Shown here: piece by piece, positions 29,221 to 44,192 of the stretch
How the letters are laid out: every line of letters starts with the position of its first letter
Numbering within the stretch: the stretch's first letter is position 1
Assembly: GCA_965552055.1 (NCBI GenBank)
Contig: CBEVQO010000005.1
Coordinates: forward strand, 1 to 64,000
From: an uncultured bacterium
GTDB taxonomy: Bacteria; Hydrothermota; UBA3073; NMUJ01; CBEVQO01
Reading direction: 5' to 3'
DNA length: 64,000 nucleotides
Translations under genes and position numbers: made by a program
The notes under the pieces: generated by a model
Databases searched by the model: none
What the model was told of the DNA's origin: nothing
What the model saw: only the letters and a program-made list of their open reading frames with translations

Positions 29221-30414
29221 TTACTCTTTCTTCTCTTCCTCTTTCTTCTCCTCTTTCTTTTCTTCTTCCTTCTTTTCCTCTTCCTCTATCGGCAATTCTT
29301 CTTCGGGCTTCTCTTCAAGCAGGTCTTTTTCATCTTTAATCTTAACAAGGACAACATAAAAGAGAGTTTGACCGGCACTCCATGTTGCTAAACCATATCC
29401 CGCTACAAACATGCCAATGAAGTGGAAGGATAAACCAGCGAGAAAGCCACCAATCCAGTCAGCCCAGGTAAGAGGCTTCATCCACTCAACGCCCCACAGC
29501 AATACAGGAAGATGGAACACTTTTGCACAAAGTATCTCAGCCCATGGTACTCTCGGACAGCGCGGCAGATACCACAAACCATTATTCCACATCACTTCCC
29601 ACCATCTATAAGCACCGAGCTCCGTATATCTCGTGCCAGACCATAAGTTGAGTGCCCAGTGCATCAAAATGAGTGCCTTCTTAACCAGCCAGCCAAGAAT
29701 ATACACACCTGCAAACGCTGCAAATGCTATGAAAATCTGCCACAGAACTGTACGCCATGTCTGGTCATTCAACACACTGAATACCTCAAAAAGAGTATCA
29801 AATGCATCGCTCTCCGTAGTAGCAGTAACAGCAGGAGATACTATAAGCGATAAAAACCATACTATCGCAAGGTAAACAACAAATAGCGCTCCAAATGCTA
29901 TCGGGATAAAGAGCAAACCCGTTATTATCTGTCCAGCATAGGGAATCCTTCCAACGAGTCCACAGAGAAAACCAACAAGAATCAGGAAGCCAATGAGAAA
30001 TGTAAGCACAAGAGGAGCACCTATCGTGCCTTTCCACTGCTTCATCGCAAATCTTATAGCCTCTGTTACTTCGTAAAATTCATTGCCCTTTAACTGCTCA
30101 AAGGTCATCTTGCTGATAGCACAAACCGTAGTAAGCAGTATGAATACTCCAGCCGATACCCCTATAACCCATATCACCCAGCTCCATGGTCGAAGATGAG
30201 TGCCAACTCCCTTTACAGGTATTATCACCCACGGAATATACCTGAACTCACGCCAGACCTCTTTCCATGTCCAGCCCGAGGTAACATACGCTACATAGGC
30301 CAGTATAGAGTACACAACCGTCGCACTCAGTATCCCCAGGAACGCGATCCAGATTTTTTTAGCAGAGAACCCAAGACGAGGCGCCCTGACTACATCTGCA
30401 AAACCCCACTTCAT
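29221..30414 (-). CDS. Hypothetical multi-pass membrane protein with E/K-rich tail
   Basis: Several TM segments, SD AAGGAGG, low-complexity C-terminus. Confidence 0.75.
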   Translation of the reverse strand: MKWGFADVVRAPRLGFSAKKIWIAFLGILSATVVYSILAYVAYVTSGWTWKEVWREFRYIPWVIIPVKGVGTHLRPWSWVIWVIGVSAGVFILLTTVCAISKMTFEQLKGNEFYEVTEAIRFAMKQWKGTIGAPLVLTFLIGFLILVGFLCGLVGRIPYAGQIITGLLFIPIAFGALFVVYLAIVWFLSLIVSPAVTATTESDAFDTLFEVFSVLNDQTWRTVLWQIFIAFAAFAGVYILGWLVKKALILMHWALNLWSGTRYTELGAYRWWEVMWNNGLWYLPRCPRVPWAEILCAKVFHLPVLLWGVEWMKPLTWADWIGGFLAGLSFHFIGMFVAGYGLATWSAGQTLFYVVLVKIKDEKDLLEEKPEEELPIEEEEKKEEEKKEEKKEEEKKE

Positions 30415-30426
30415 AATACCTCCTTT

Positions 30427-31401
30427 TTACCACATTCCTATTGCTTCCTTAACTTCCTTTAAAACCTCAGATGCAACACTCCTTGCACGCTTCGAACCTT
30501 CAAAAATTATATCCTTAACATCTTCATCTTTTAAACTTTTAGCCCTCTCTCTAATCTCTCTGAAAAACTCCGATAACTTTTGGGATGCCTCTTCCTTACA
30601 CGCTACACAACCTCTTTTACCCTCCCTGCATTCCTTCTCAATGATACTTAAATTCTCTGCATTAACAAGGTTGTGATAGGCGAAAACAACACAACCTTCG
30701 GGATGACCAGGGTCATTTTTTCTTATCTTCTGAGGGTCTGTAAAAGCCTGCATAACTTTTTCTTTTATAACTTCAGGCTCATCTCTCACCAGTATATAAT
30801 TTTTCAGCGATTTTGACATCTTTTTACCGTCAATCCCCGGTACTTTCGGTGACCTCGATAGAAGTGGCTGTGGCTCAGGGAATATCTTTTTATAAAGCGA
30901 GTTAAACCAGCGAGCAATTTGACGGGTTAATTCAAGATGAGCAAGCTGGTCTTCACCCACAGGTACTTTATTCGGCTTATACATCAAAATATCAACCGCC
31001 TGTAAAACAGGATACCCCAGTAACCCATAATTAACTTTTTCCCTCAAACCATAATCCCTTATCATCTCTTTGAGTGTTGGATTTCTTTCGAGCCAAGGCA
31101 CAGGTACAAACATCGAAAAAATTAAATGCAATTCACAATGCTCGGGAACAAGCGATTGCAAAAAAATTACAGATTTTTCAGGAGATATACCGGCAGAAAG
31201 CCAGTCCTTAGTCATTTCAATTATATTTTCCTTCAATTTAGATGTATCTTTATAATCTGTTGTCAATGCATGATAATCTGCCAGCAAAAAATAACATTTA
31301 TATTCATCCTGAAGTTTCAGCCAGTTACTTAAAGCACCAAAATAATTACCAATGTGAAGCTTGCCTGTTGTACGCATACCAGATAAAATATTCTCTTTCA
31401 T
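30427..31401 (-). CDS. trpS: Tryptophan--tRNA ligase
   Basis: SGMRTTGKLHIGNY, YPVLQAVDIL, VPVGEDQ, KMSKS. Confidence 0.97.
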   Translation of the reverse strand: MKENILSGMRTTGKLHIGNYFGALSNWLKLQDEYKCYFLLADYHALTTDYKDTSKLKENIIEMTKDWLSAGISPEKSVIFLQSLVPEHCELHLIFSMFVPVPWLERNPTLKEMIRDYGLREKVNYGLLGYPVLQAVDILMYKPNKVPVGEDQLAHLELTRQIARWFNSLYKKIFPEPQPLLSRSPKVPGIDGKKMSKSLKNYILVRDEPEVIKEKVMQAFTDPQKIRKNDPGHPEGCVVFAYHNLVNAENLSIIEKECREGKRGCVACKEEASQKLSEFFREIRERAKSLKDEDVKDIIFEGSKRARSVASEVLKEVKEAIGMW

Positions 31402-31526
31402 TTCAATAAGATTTCGAGTTTTTTAGCAAGATATAAGAGCATTAAAAACAAAGCAAGCAGAATTATCAATAATTTGTAGTTGGGCGAAGGACTTTTTCTT
31501 TCTGAAAATAATCTTCTCATTATCAT
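31398..31526 (-). CDS. 42-aa single-TM small protein upstream of trpS
   Basis: MIMRRLFSERKSPSPNYKLLIILLALFLMLLYLAKKLEILLK*; ATGA overlap with trpS; directly after a promoter. Confidence 0.55.
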   Translation of the reverse strand: MIMRRLFSERKSPSPNYKLLIILLALFLMLLYLAKKLEILLK

Positions 31527-31636
31527 ACTATAAATTATCGTCAAATTACAAGGATGTCAAGAATAAAATGAAAAATTTGAATTGACATTTTTGTGAAATA
31601 AACATAATGGTTAGTGCGTTATATTAAAAAGGGGGT

Positions 31637-32479
31637 GTGATGAGGTATGTATTGTTAGGAGTGATATGTTTGGGACTGGTGGTAGGATGTGCTCGTAAGT
31701 GGATTTCGGATGAAGAAGCGATAAGGGAACTCATAGATGAGCTCGGCTATCTGCTGGGTGCGGGCGAATATTACGGTAAGGAAACAGGGGATACCACTGT
31801 TACTCAAGGTAAGGGATATGCCGGGGTGTTCTGGTACAGAAGTGTCGATAGTGTGAGCGTAGATCTTAAAGTGAATATAAATGGCGATTCCGCATGGGTT
31901 GAAATAGAAAGAATGATTTACGGAGTATTCCACAGGTTTCCTTTCGATACGATGCCAGCAGGTACTCTGGTTGATAAGCCAAAAGACCTAAAAGATAAAA
32001 TCACAAGATATGCTATTTTCAGGAAGACAGGTAAGCCGAGGCGTCATCGTGGATGGTGTTTGCATAAATTGTCGGGAGCTATGGCAAAATCACAACTTGG
32101 AGGTCCCGATATAAAGATTGATAGTGTGAAGTTGATATTGAAAGGCGATACGATAACGATAAGAGAGCCCTTTGAGTTTACAGATACTGTGAATATTATT
32201 GAATGCCAGCAAAATGAAGAAATTGAAGTTTATGCCTATGTATCTCCCGATACTGTTCCTGTTCTTGTATTTTTACATTTTCCAGGTAATCAGCGCCACA
32301 TAAGGAGGAGATGCATGATAATAAGTGATGGGGTATTTTATGGTGAGTGCAAGGTAGGCAGGAAGGGTTATGGAAGATTGGGAGTAGATGTGATATGGAG
32401 TCCAACATTGTTTGAAGATGATGAGAGTACTTATCCTTACTGTTCGAGGGCATGGATTATAAATATAAGGTGCAAGTGA
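31637..32479 (+). CDS. Hypothetical lipoprotein
   Basis: Signal peptide with lipobox-like VVGC; promoter TTGACA-N15-CATAAT at 31582-31608. Confidence 0.7.
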   Translation: MMRYVLLGVICLGLVVGCARKWISDEEAIRELIDELGYLLGAGEYYGKETGDTTVTQGKGYAGVFWYRSVDSVSVDLKVNINGDSAWVEIERMIYGVFHRFPFDTMPAGTLVDKPKDLKDKITRYAIFRKTGKPRRHRGWCLHKLSGAMAKSQLGGPDIKIDSVKLILKGDTITIREPFEFTDTVNIIECQQNEEIEVYAYVSPDTVPVLVFLHFPGNQRHIRRRCMIISDGVFYGECKVGRKGYGRLGVDVIWSPTLFEDDESTYPYCSRAWIINIRCK

Positions 32480-32512
32480 GGAATAAAATTTTGAGATTTT
32501 TAAAATTTTAGC

Positions 32513-32628
32513 TTGACAAATTGATATTTTGAATATTATATAAGTGGGTTCTTTGGATTGAAAAAGTGAAAAAAGAAGCTTGACAAATTGGGATTTTTGA
32601 TAATATAATAAGAGAGTTCTTTGAAAAT
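32513..32628 (+). promoter_or_regulatory. Tandem rRNA promoters P1/P2 with boxA-like GTTCTTTG
   Basis: TTGACA 32513 with TATTAT 32534; TTGACA 32580 with TAATAT 32601; GTTCTTTG after each and again before 23S. Confidence 0.7.
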
Positions 32629-32637
32629 AAAGTGTGC

Positions 32638-34190
<1,553 letters not shown>

Positions 34191-34223
34191 TTTCTCTCCG
34201 GGCAGCACACTTTATTTTTTTAT

Positions 34224-34295
<72 letters not shown>

Positions 34296-34296
34296 T

Positions 34297-34368
34297 GGGG
34301 ATGTAGCTCAGTGGGAGAGCGCCTGCTTTGCAAGCAGGAGGTCAGGGGTTCGAATCCCCTCATCTCCA
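34297..34368 (+). tRNA. tRNA-Ala(TGC)
   Basis: GGGGATG...CATCTCCA, anticodon loop TTTGCAA, G3-U70 pair; no encoded CCA. Confidence 0.95.
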
Positions 34369-34410
34369 TGGGAAGCGATTTAGTTCTTTGACAATCAAGG
34401 CAGATGAGCA

Positions 34411-37421
<3,011 letters not shown>

Positions 37422-37459
37422 TGCTCATCTGCCTACTTTGTAATTAACCTGTTTTTAAC

Positions 37460-37529
37460 GCCCCGACCGCCTTCTTAATATTGTCCCTTAGAGGACCTGT
37501 GTAAGAATAAGGGGTCGGGGCTTTTTTTT
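37460..37529 (+). terminator. Long hairpin plus T8, rRNA operon terminator
   Basis: GCCCCGACC...GGTCGGGGC followed by TTTTTTTT. Confidence 0.7.
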
Positions 37530-37532
37530 ATT

Positions 37533-37635
37533 ACGAGCGATAGCGAGTTTATTACATAAGGGTCTTTTGTCACACCCCGACCGAAGGGAGGGGTGTGCAC
37601 ATGGGAAGGTGGGGACTGGGAGGAGGGGCTAAAAA
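37533..37635 (+). repeat. Intergenic hairpin/G-rich element, copy 6
   Basis: Nearly identical to copy 2. Confidence 0.9.
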
Positions 37636-37678
37636 TAATTTTTACTTGACTTTGTGACTTTCCTGTTATAATAAATAG

Positions 37679-38050
37679 GTGTTGCAAATTCTTTTAATAT
37701 CTGTAACTATTGAATGTTATGTATGGGGTCAGGTTCGTAATCCCGGTGCTTATGAATTATCTCCCTCTTCTAATTTAATTGAGTTAATATCGCGTGCAGG
37801 TGGTCCCACAGATTATGCTGACCTTTCTCGTATAAAGGTACTGAGACACGATAAAGTTTATAAAATCAATTTGAAAAAATTTTCCCGTGATGCTTTTTTT
37901 ATTCTTGAACAGGGTGATGTGGTAATAGTCCCCCCTAACAGGACATATAAAATTAAAAAATATCTCGAGAATATGATGATACTTATATCTTTTCTTGACA
38001 TCTTGAGATTTGGTTTAGAACTTTACTGGAGGTTATATGTCGCTAAATGA
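37679..38050 (+). CDS. SLBB-domain protein (Wza-like beta-grasp only)
   Basis: YVWGQVRNPGAY, LISRAGG, ADLSRIKV, LEQGDVVIVP. Confidence 0.8.
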   Translation: MLQILLISVTIECYVWGQVRNPGAYELSPSSNLIELISRAGGPTDYADLSRIKVLRHDKVYKINLKKFSRDAFFILEQGDVVIVPPNRTYKIKKYLENMMILISFLDILRFGLELYWRLYVAK

Positions 38051-39947
38051 TTTATATTTACTTTTGAAATCGCGTTATAAACTTTTTATCCTATTTTTTT
38101 CATTGGTTATTATTGTTTGTATTGTTTATTATGAAGTATCTGAGCGTATTTATGAAGCTAAAGGTACTTTGTTAATAGAGACGACTCCCCGTCCTATTTC
38201 TATTTTTACCGAGATAACGGCTTATTATTTACCGACCATGCGAGTTGAAAATCAAATAAACATTATGAAGAGTTTACAATTGCTGGAGGAACTGGTTGAT
38301 AGTTTGCCATCCGAGATAAAGAGCAAAATTATAAAAGGTAATCCTTCTCCTTCCCGTTTAAAATTGGTGAAGTATATAAGGAAGAGGCTCAATATTTGTC
38401 CCCGTCGTAATACAGACATAATAGATGTGAGATTTGCTTCTCATTATCCCGAGGTAGCGCGTGAGATAGTGAATACTCTGATGAGGTTGTATATTGCATT
38501 TGATTTGAGGGAGAAAAGGCGTGCAGCCCGTGAGTTTAAGAATTTTATAAAGCAAGAACTGGAACATGCTCAGAAGCAGTTAACAATTATTGAAGAATCT
38601 TTAAGAGTTTATAAAGAGAGATATAAAATTTATGAACTGAGTACTTATGCGAAGGGTTTAGTTTCAACGATAGAAGCTTTTGAGCGTCAATTAAATAAGG
38701 CACTTATAGATAAAGCTGAGATAAAGAGCAAACTGGATTATTTGGAGTCACAGATAGTAAAGCTTGCTGATACTTCGCTTACTTCTGATTTTAACACTCC
38801 TGTTCTTCAGGAGTTACAGTCATCTCTTGCCGAGCTTGAGCGTAAGCGTCTCGAATTATTATTGAAAGGATATAGTGAAGCTGATCCAAAGTATCGTAGC
38901 ATTTTGAAGCAGATAGAAGAGACGAAGGGAGAAATAAATAAGCGTTTAAGAGAGATAGCAGAGAATGTGTACAGTACGGTGCCTGTGGAACAGGTTAGTG
39001 ATTTACTCAGTAGTTCTCTTGAGTTGCGTGGTGAATTGATAAGTGAGGAAGCGAAGATTTCAGCTTTGCGTTCTGTTATTTCAGTTTATTCTAGGAAATT
39101 GCTGTCTTTACCTCGTCATGAGATGGAGTTAGCGCGTCTTGAGCGTGCTCGTCAATCTTATGAAAATGTTTATCTTTTATTGTTGAAAAAATATCAGGAA
39201 GCTATGATTAGCGAAAGAGAGAAAGTTTCAAATATAAGGGTTCTGGAATGGGCGGAGCTTCCCCGTTCACCTGTTCGTCCGAAGTTTTCTTCTGTTTTTG
39301 GTTTTGGGATAATAGGCGGTGTTATTTTATCTGTTGCACTTACTTTGTTGATTGCCATTACTGATGTAAAAGTTCGTCAGGATATTGATTTGCGTAAAAT
39401 AGGTGAGAGCGGTCTTCCTTTGAATGAAATTTTATATAATGTTTACCTTCAGAAGGGTAAAGTCAAAAGGTTACTCATATCTTCTGCTGATGAGAAATTT
39501 TCTTCTTTGAAGATCATTTCTTCTTTGCTTTCTGAATTGAAGGTGAAAGATTTGCGTGCGGTTATAATAGATGCTGATTATCTTAGTTTTTCTCTTACGC
39601 GTATTTACTCAAAAAATGAGACGAATTTTCTTTCGTTGTTGCGGGGAGATGAATTTAAATTTGATGAGATTTTTTCAAATGTTCATTTTATAGGCATTAA
39701 GGATACACATTCTCTATTTTTACCGAGTTATGAAGATAGATTAAAGGATGTATTTCTGGAGCTTGATAAAAAATATGACTGTATTATAATGCATTGTGCT
39801 CCGTTATGTAAGAGTAAAGACTTTTATTACTTATCTAAATTTTTTGATGTTGCTATAATAGGGATAAAGAAAGGAGAGGTTAATTTAAACTTTTTGAGAG
39901 AAGTGAAATCTAATGTTGAAAATAGTTTGTTTGTACTTGTTGATTAG
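38037..39947 (+). CDS. Wzc/GumC-like polysaccharide co-polymerase with degenerate kinase domain
   Basis: TM, YEA motif, long coiled coil, AELPRSPVRP, TM, then a P-loop-like domain lacking Walker A. Confidence 0.8.
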   Translation: MSLNDLYLLLKSRYKLFILFFSLVIIVCIVYYEVSERIYEAKGTLLIETTPRPISIFTEITAYYLPTMRVENQINIMKSLQLLEELVDSLPSEIKSKIIKGNPSPSRLKLVKYIRKRLNICPRRNTDIIDVRFASHYPEVAREIVNTLMRLYIAFDLREKRRAAREFKNFIKQELEHAQKQLTIIEESLRVYKERYKIYELSTYAKGLVSTIEAFERQLNKALIDKAEIKSKLDYLESQIVKLADTSLTSDFNTPVLQELQSSLAELERKRLELLLKGYSEADPKYRSILKQIEETKGEINKRLREIAENVYSTVPVEQVSDLLSSSLELRGELISEEAKISALRSVISVYSRKLLSLPRHEMELARLERARQSYENVYLLLLKKYQEAMISEREKVSNIRVLEWAELPRSPVRPKFSSVFGFGIIGGVILSVALTLLIAITDVKVRQDIDLRKIGESGLPLNEILYNVYLQKGKVKRLLISSADEKFSSLKIISSLLSELKVKDLRAVIIDADYLSFSLTRIYSKNETNFLSLLRGDEFKFDEIFSNVHFIGIKDTHSLFLPSYEDRLKDVFLELDKKYDCIIMHCAPLCKSKDFYYLSKFFDVAIIGIKKGEVNLNFLREVKSNVENSLFVLVD

Positions 39948-41667
39948 TCTTGGTGATGCTTTTCTTTTTGAGGAATCCGGTAATTACTCTGTTGCTATAG
40001 AAGAATACAGGAAATTTTTGAAAGATGATTTAATATCTGATTTTGCTCATTACAGAATAGGTTTTTGTTTTCAAAAGCTGGGAATTTATGATTCTTCTTT
40101 GAAGTATTACAAGATAGTTGTAGATAGTTTTCCTTTCAGTTCTTTTTATATTGATGCTTTGTTAAACATTGCAGAATGTTATTATGCACTTTCCATTTCT
40201 GATAGTGCTGTTTCTTATTTTGTTAAGTTGATGAATTTTTCTGATGATTATAAAGATTTATGCTTGTTTCGTTTGGGCACAATCTTTTATCGTCGTAAAG
40301 AACCCGTGTATTTAAATTTTTATCTCGAACTTGCTCGAGAATATCCAACATCTCCTTATTGCCTTTATATACTTGATAAATTACCAAGGGACAGTGCATA
40401 TTTAAAAGCATTGATTTTGTATAATCATAGAAAATATTATGAAGCTCTTAGATTTTTGCGAGGCACCAGTAAAAGAGAGCTTTTGTTGAAAGCCAAATGT
40501 TATTTTGGTTTGAAAAATTACAGAAGTGCGCTTAAGTTTTTTGAACTCGCTGGAGATTTTTATAATGCCGGAGAATGCTGTTATAAGTTAAAAGATTATG
40601 ATAAGGCTTTATCTTTTTATTTGAAATCCGGGACAAAATGTGGTTATGCGAAAGCGGGTGAGCTTTTTGAGAAAAAGGGAGATATTGCATCTGCCATAGA
40701 GTATTATGGTAGGAGTGGTCTATCCTATTACCTGATAAGGGCAGGAGTTTTATGTTTGAGGTTGAAAAAATATGAAAAAGCTCTTCTTTATTTTAAGCGT
40801 GTAAAAGGCGATGCCGGACTATACTGGCGATATAGGGTTTATAGTGAGATGAAAAAAAGGCGAGCCAGAGCATTGGTTAAAGAGCTAAAGAGAAAATATC
40901 CTGTGTCGTATTATACATATCTTTTATGTAATGGTGAATCTCATTTTGATTTGCCGTCGTCTTATAAATTTTCCGGTAGTTCTAATGGTTTGACGCGTAG
41001 TGATTATTTTCATTACAAAAGGATGGAAATTTTTCTGCGAGAGGGGCTTCGTTTTTTTGCTTATCGTGAGTTAAATTATATAAAGACGGATGCAGGTAAA
41101 TTCTGGCTCAAGGTAGCGAAACTTTTGCACCGATATGGCGAAGATAAAAAAGCAATTATGATAGTTGAGAGAAAGGTATATAATGGTGGTATTCCATCGA
41201 AGGAAATAGCTGAGATTTTGTATCCATTGAGGTATAATGATGTTATAGATGAGCTCTCTGTTGATAAGTATCTTTTGCTTGCTCTCATAAGGGAGGAGAG
41301 TCATTTTGACCCTGTTGCTGTATCTCCTGCGAATGCCATAGGTTTGACGCAAATAATTCCCTCTACCGGTAAACAAATCGCAAAAGAGATGGGTTTAAGA
41401 TTTTCCATGAGTTTATTATTTGACCCTGTTATGAATATTAAGATGGGTGCGTATTATTTGAAAAAATGTCTGAAAATTTTTGGCGGAGAGAAAATTTTAG
41501 CACTTGCTGCTTATAATGCTGGTCCTTTTGCTGTGCAAATATGGCTTTCGAAGTATGGAGGTAGATTGGATGAATTTGTAGAGTTAATCCCTAATTCACA
41601 GGCTCGTAACTATGTTAAAAAGGTTTTGAAAAGTTATTGGGGATATAAAATAACTTATGGAGGGTGA
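39913..41667 (+). CDS. TPR-containing soluble lytic transglycosylase
   Basis: ALIREESHF, AIGLTQIIP, AAYNAGP, RNYVKKV; N-terminal TPRs. Confidence 0.9.
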   Translation: MLKIVCLYLLISLGDAFLFEESGNYSVAIEEYRKFLKDDLISDFAHYRIGFCFQKLGIYDSSLKYYKIVVDSFPFSSFYIDALLNIAECYYALSISDSAVSYFVKLMNFSDDYKDLCLFRLGTIFYRRKEPVYLNFYLELAREYPTSPYCLYILDKLPRDSAYLKALILYNHRKYYEALRFLRGTSKRELLLKAKCYFGLKNYRSALKFFELAGDFYNAGECCYKLKDYDKALSFYLKSGTKCGYAKAGELFEKKGDIASAIEYYGRSGLSYYLIRAGVLCLRLKKYEKALLYFKRVKGDAGLYWRYRVYSEMKKRRARALVKELKRKYPVSYYTYLLCNGESHFDLPSSYKFSGSSNGLTRSDYFHYKRMEIFLREGLRFFAYRELNYIKTDAGKFWLKVAKLLHRYGEDKKAIMIVERKVYNGGIPSKEIAEILYPLRYNDVIDELSVDKYLLLALIREESHFDPVAVSPANAIGLTQIIPSTGKQIAKEMGLRFSMSLLFDPVMNIKMGAYYLKKCLKIFGGEKILALAAYNAGPFAVQIWLSKYGGRLDEFVELIPNSQARNYVKKVLKSYWGYKITYGG

Positions 41668-41668
41668 T

Positions 41669-42817
41669 ATGAAAGCGTTAATTGTTTTGCTTGATGGCGT
41701 AGGTGTCGGCGAGCTTCCTGATGCTGCTGAATACAATGATGCTGGTAGCAATACTTTGGGTAATCTTTCGCGAGTGGTTGACCTTCATCTGCCCAATTTC
41801 ACAAAACTTGGTCTCGGTAATATAATTGATATAAAGGGGGTGCCTCCTGTTTCTTCGCCTCTCTGTTGTTATGGTAAAATGGCAGAAAAATCAAAAGGCA
41901 AGGACAGCACCACCGGTCACTGGGAGATAATGGGTGTAATACTTGAAAAGCCTTTTCCTACTTTTCCTCAGGGTTTTCCTCGCGAAATGCTTGAAAAATT
42001 TGAAAGAGCAATAGGCAGAAAAGTGCTGGGTGGCTATCCTGCATCGGGTACAGAAATTATAAAAGAGTTAGGAGAAGAACATATGAGGACAGGATATCCC
42101 ATTGTTTACACATCTGCAGATAGTGTCTTTCAGATAGCAGCACATAAAGATGTTATACCTTTAGAGGAGCTGTACAAAATGTGCGAGATAGCGCGTAAAC
42201 TTTTTCCGGATATAGGGAGGGTGATAGCGCGTCCTTTTGTTGGCGAGCCGGGAAACTTTACTCGCACACCGGAGCGCAAAGATTATGCCTTACCACCGCC
42301 AGAAAAAACAGTTCTCGAAATCTTAAAGGAAAATGGAATAAAAGTAATTACAATTGGAAAGGTTGATCAGATCTTTTGTGAAAGAGGAGTTAGCAAAGCG
42401 ATTCATACAAAGAATAATCGTGATGGAATGGAGAAAATTTTGAAAGTTTTAGATGAAGAAGAAAATTGTCTAATTTTTGCTAATCTAATAGATTTTGATA
42501 TGTTGTGGGGGCATCGCAACGATTGTGAGGGCTTTGCGCGTGGTCTTGAAGAAGTAGACAGATGGCTTCCGGATTTATTGTCAGCCCTTAAAGAAGGTGA
42601 TTTACTTATAATAACATCTGACCATGGAAATGACCCCACTACTCCATCTACCGACCATTCCCGTGAATATGCCTTGTTGCTCGCTATGGTAAAGGGAAAG
42701 ACAAAAGGAAAAAGTTTGGGAGTTAGGGAATGTTTTTGTGATGTAGGAGCCACAATTTGCAAATATTTTGATATAGAGCCAAAGAGGGGCAAGAGTTTTC
42801 TCGATTTATTGCTATGA
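41669..42817 (+). CDS. deoB: Phosphopentomutase
   Basis: LDGVGVG, GKDSTTGHWE, YTSADSVFQIAAH, DMLWGHRND, DHGNDP. Confidence 0.95.
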   Translation: MKALIVLLDGVGVGELPDAAEYNDAGSNTLGNLSRVVDLHLPNFTKLGLGNIIDIKGVPPVSSPLCCYGKMAEKSKGKDSTTGHWEIMGVILEKPFPTFPQGFPREMLEKFERAIGRKVLGGYPASGTEIIKELGEEHMRTGYPIVYTSADSVFQIAAHKDVIPLEELYKMCEIARKLFPDIGRVIARPFVGEPGNFTRTPERKDYALPPPEKTVLEILKENGIKVITIGKVDQIFCERGVSKAIHTKNNRDGMEKILKVLDEEENCLIFANLIDFDMLWGHRNDCEGFARGLEEVDRWLPDLLSALKEGDLLIITSDHGNDPTTPSTDHSREYALLLAMVKGKTKGKSLGVRECFCDVGATICKYFDIEPKRGKSFLDLLL

Positions 42818-43494
42818 GTGAGATAAAAAATTATGAGAATTTGAAAAAACTTGCGTTAAATTATGGCATAAAGCTTTTTGGTGTATGTGAGATAACGGAG
42901 GATATGCGAAAGGAGTTTCATCCAGAGATTTTAGAAATTTCCAAAAATTTAAAATTCGGGATAGCACTTGGTTATCCACTTGATAAGAAAGTAATTAAAG
43001 GGATTAAAGATAAGCCAACTTTGATTTATAAGCATCATTATAAAACGGTAAACTGGCTTCTTGACCAGGCATCTGAATTGATATCTTTATATATTCGAGA
43101 ACAAGGTTTTAGTGCGCTTTCGATTCCCGCGTCCCAGGTTGTCGATTTTGAAAAACAATTGGGTCATTTGTCTCATAAAATGATTGCAAAGAAAGCGGGA
43201 TTGGGTTTTATTGGAAGGTCGGGTCTGCTTATAAATCCACATTATGGACCTGCTGTAAGATATGCTACAATATTAACAAATTTTCCATTAAAAATTGATG
43301 AAGAATATAAGGGCGATTGCGGAGATTGCATGCTTTGTGCAGATGCATGTCCTGCTGGTGCAATAACAAAAGAAGGTTATGACCGCTGGAAATGCTATCA
43401 AAAATTAAAAGAATTTGCTGGAATGAGGGGAATAGGTGTTTGTATTTGCGGTATCTGTATAAAAGTTTGTCCGTATTCAAAGATTGAGGAGTAA
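42814..43494 (+). CDS. QueG-like 4Fe-4S protein (epoxyqueuosine reductase / reductive dehalogenase superfamily)
   Basis: SHKMIAKKAGLGFIG, CGDCMLCADACP, CGICIKVCP. Confidence 0.75.
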   Translation: MSEIKNYENLKKLALNYGIKLFGVCEITEDMRKEFHPEILEISKNLKFGIALGYPLDKKVIKGIKDKPTLIYKHHYKTVNWLLDQASELISLYIREQGFSALSIPASQVVDFEKQLGHLSHKMIAKKAGLGFIGRSGLLINPHYGPAVRYATILTNFPLKIDEEYKGDCGDCMLCADACPAGAITKEGYDRWKCYQKLKEFAGMRGIGVCICGICIKVCPYSKIEE

Positions 43495-44192
43495 GAAAGA
43501 GATAAGAGAATACATTTGGGATTTATTGTATAAGAAAGGGGTATGGGATTTTCCTCCGCCTTATGGTCGCATTCCGAATTTTAAAAACGCAAAGAAATGT
43601 GCGGATTTAATTAGAAAAATGGAAATATGGAAAAATGCAAAAGTTTTAAAGATAAATCCTGACAGTCCACAATACTGGGTTAGATATTATTGCTTATGTG
43701 ATAGGAAGATTTTAGTAATGCCGACTCCCCGTCTCAGGGAAGGTTTTTTATTGCTTGAACCACAGACTATACCTGAAAGCGAGTACAGATATGCAGCGAA
43801 GATAAAAGGTGCGTTTATGTGGGGTAAAAAAAGTGAAACCCTGGGATTTACCCGAGATAGACCTTATTGTTGAGGGTTCAGTTGCTGTTACGCTAAAAGG
43901 TGCGCGTATAGGCAAGGGCGAGGGCTACGGCGAAATAGAATACGCTATTCTAAGACAATTTGGCAAGGTTAAAGAGGAAACACCCATTGTGACAACGATT
44001 CACAATTTACAAATAGTTGATGATTTTGAAATAGATGAATGGGATGTTCCCGTTGATTACATAGTTTTGCCAGATAAAATAATAGAAACCAGGACAAAAA
44101 TAAAGAGACCTGAAGGAATTTTATGGGATAAATTGAAAAAAGAGAAACTAGAAGAAATACCTTTGTTGCGTGAGATAAGGAAATTAAAGTAA
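43484..44192 (+). pseudogene. 5-formyltetrahydrofolate cyclo-ligase family protein, frameshifted at an A7 run
   Basis: Part 1: GRIPNF, KINPDSPQ, MPTPRLREGF. Part 2: GSVAV..GARIGKGEGYGEIEY, DVPVD. Removing one A at 43826-43832 joins them. Confidence 0.8.

Noticed and set aside
29221..29320. CT-rich low-complexity tract
   Set aside because: It simply encodes the E/K-rich protein tail.
37460..37521. Hairpin as SRP (4.5S) RNA or a degenerate 5S
   Set aside because: Lacks the SRP GNRA loop and AGCAG motif and the 5S conserved motifs; a terminator is the simpler reading.
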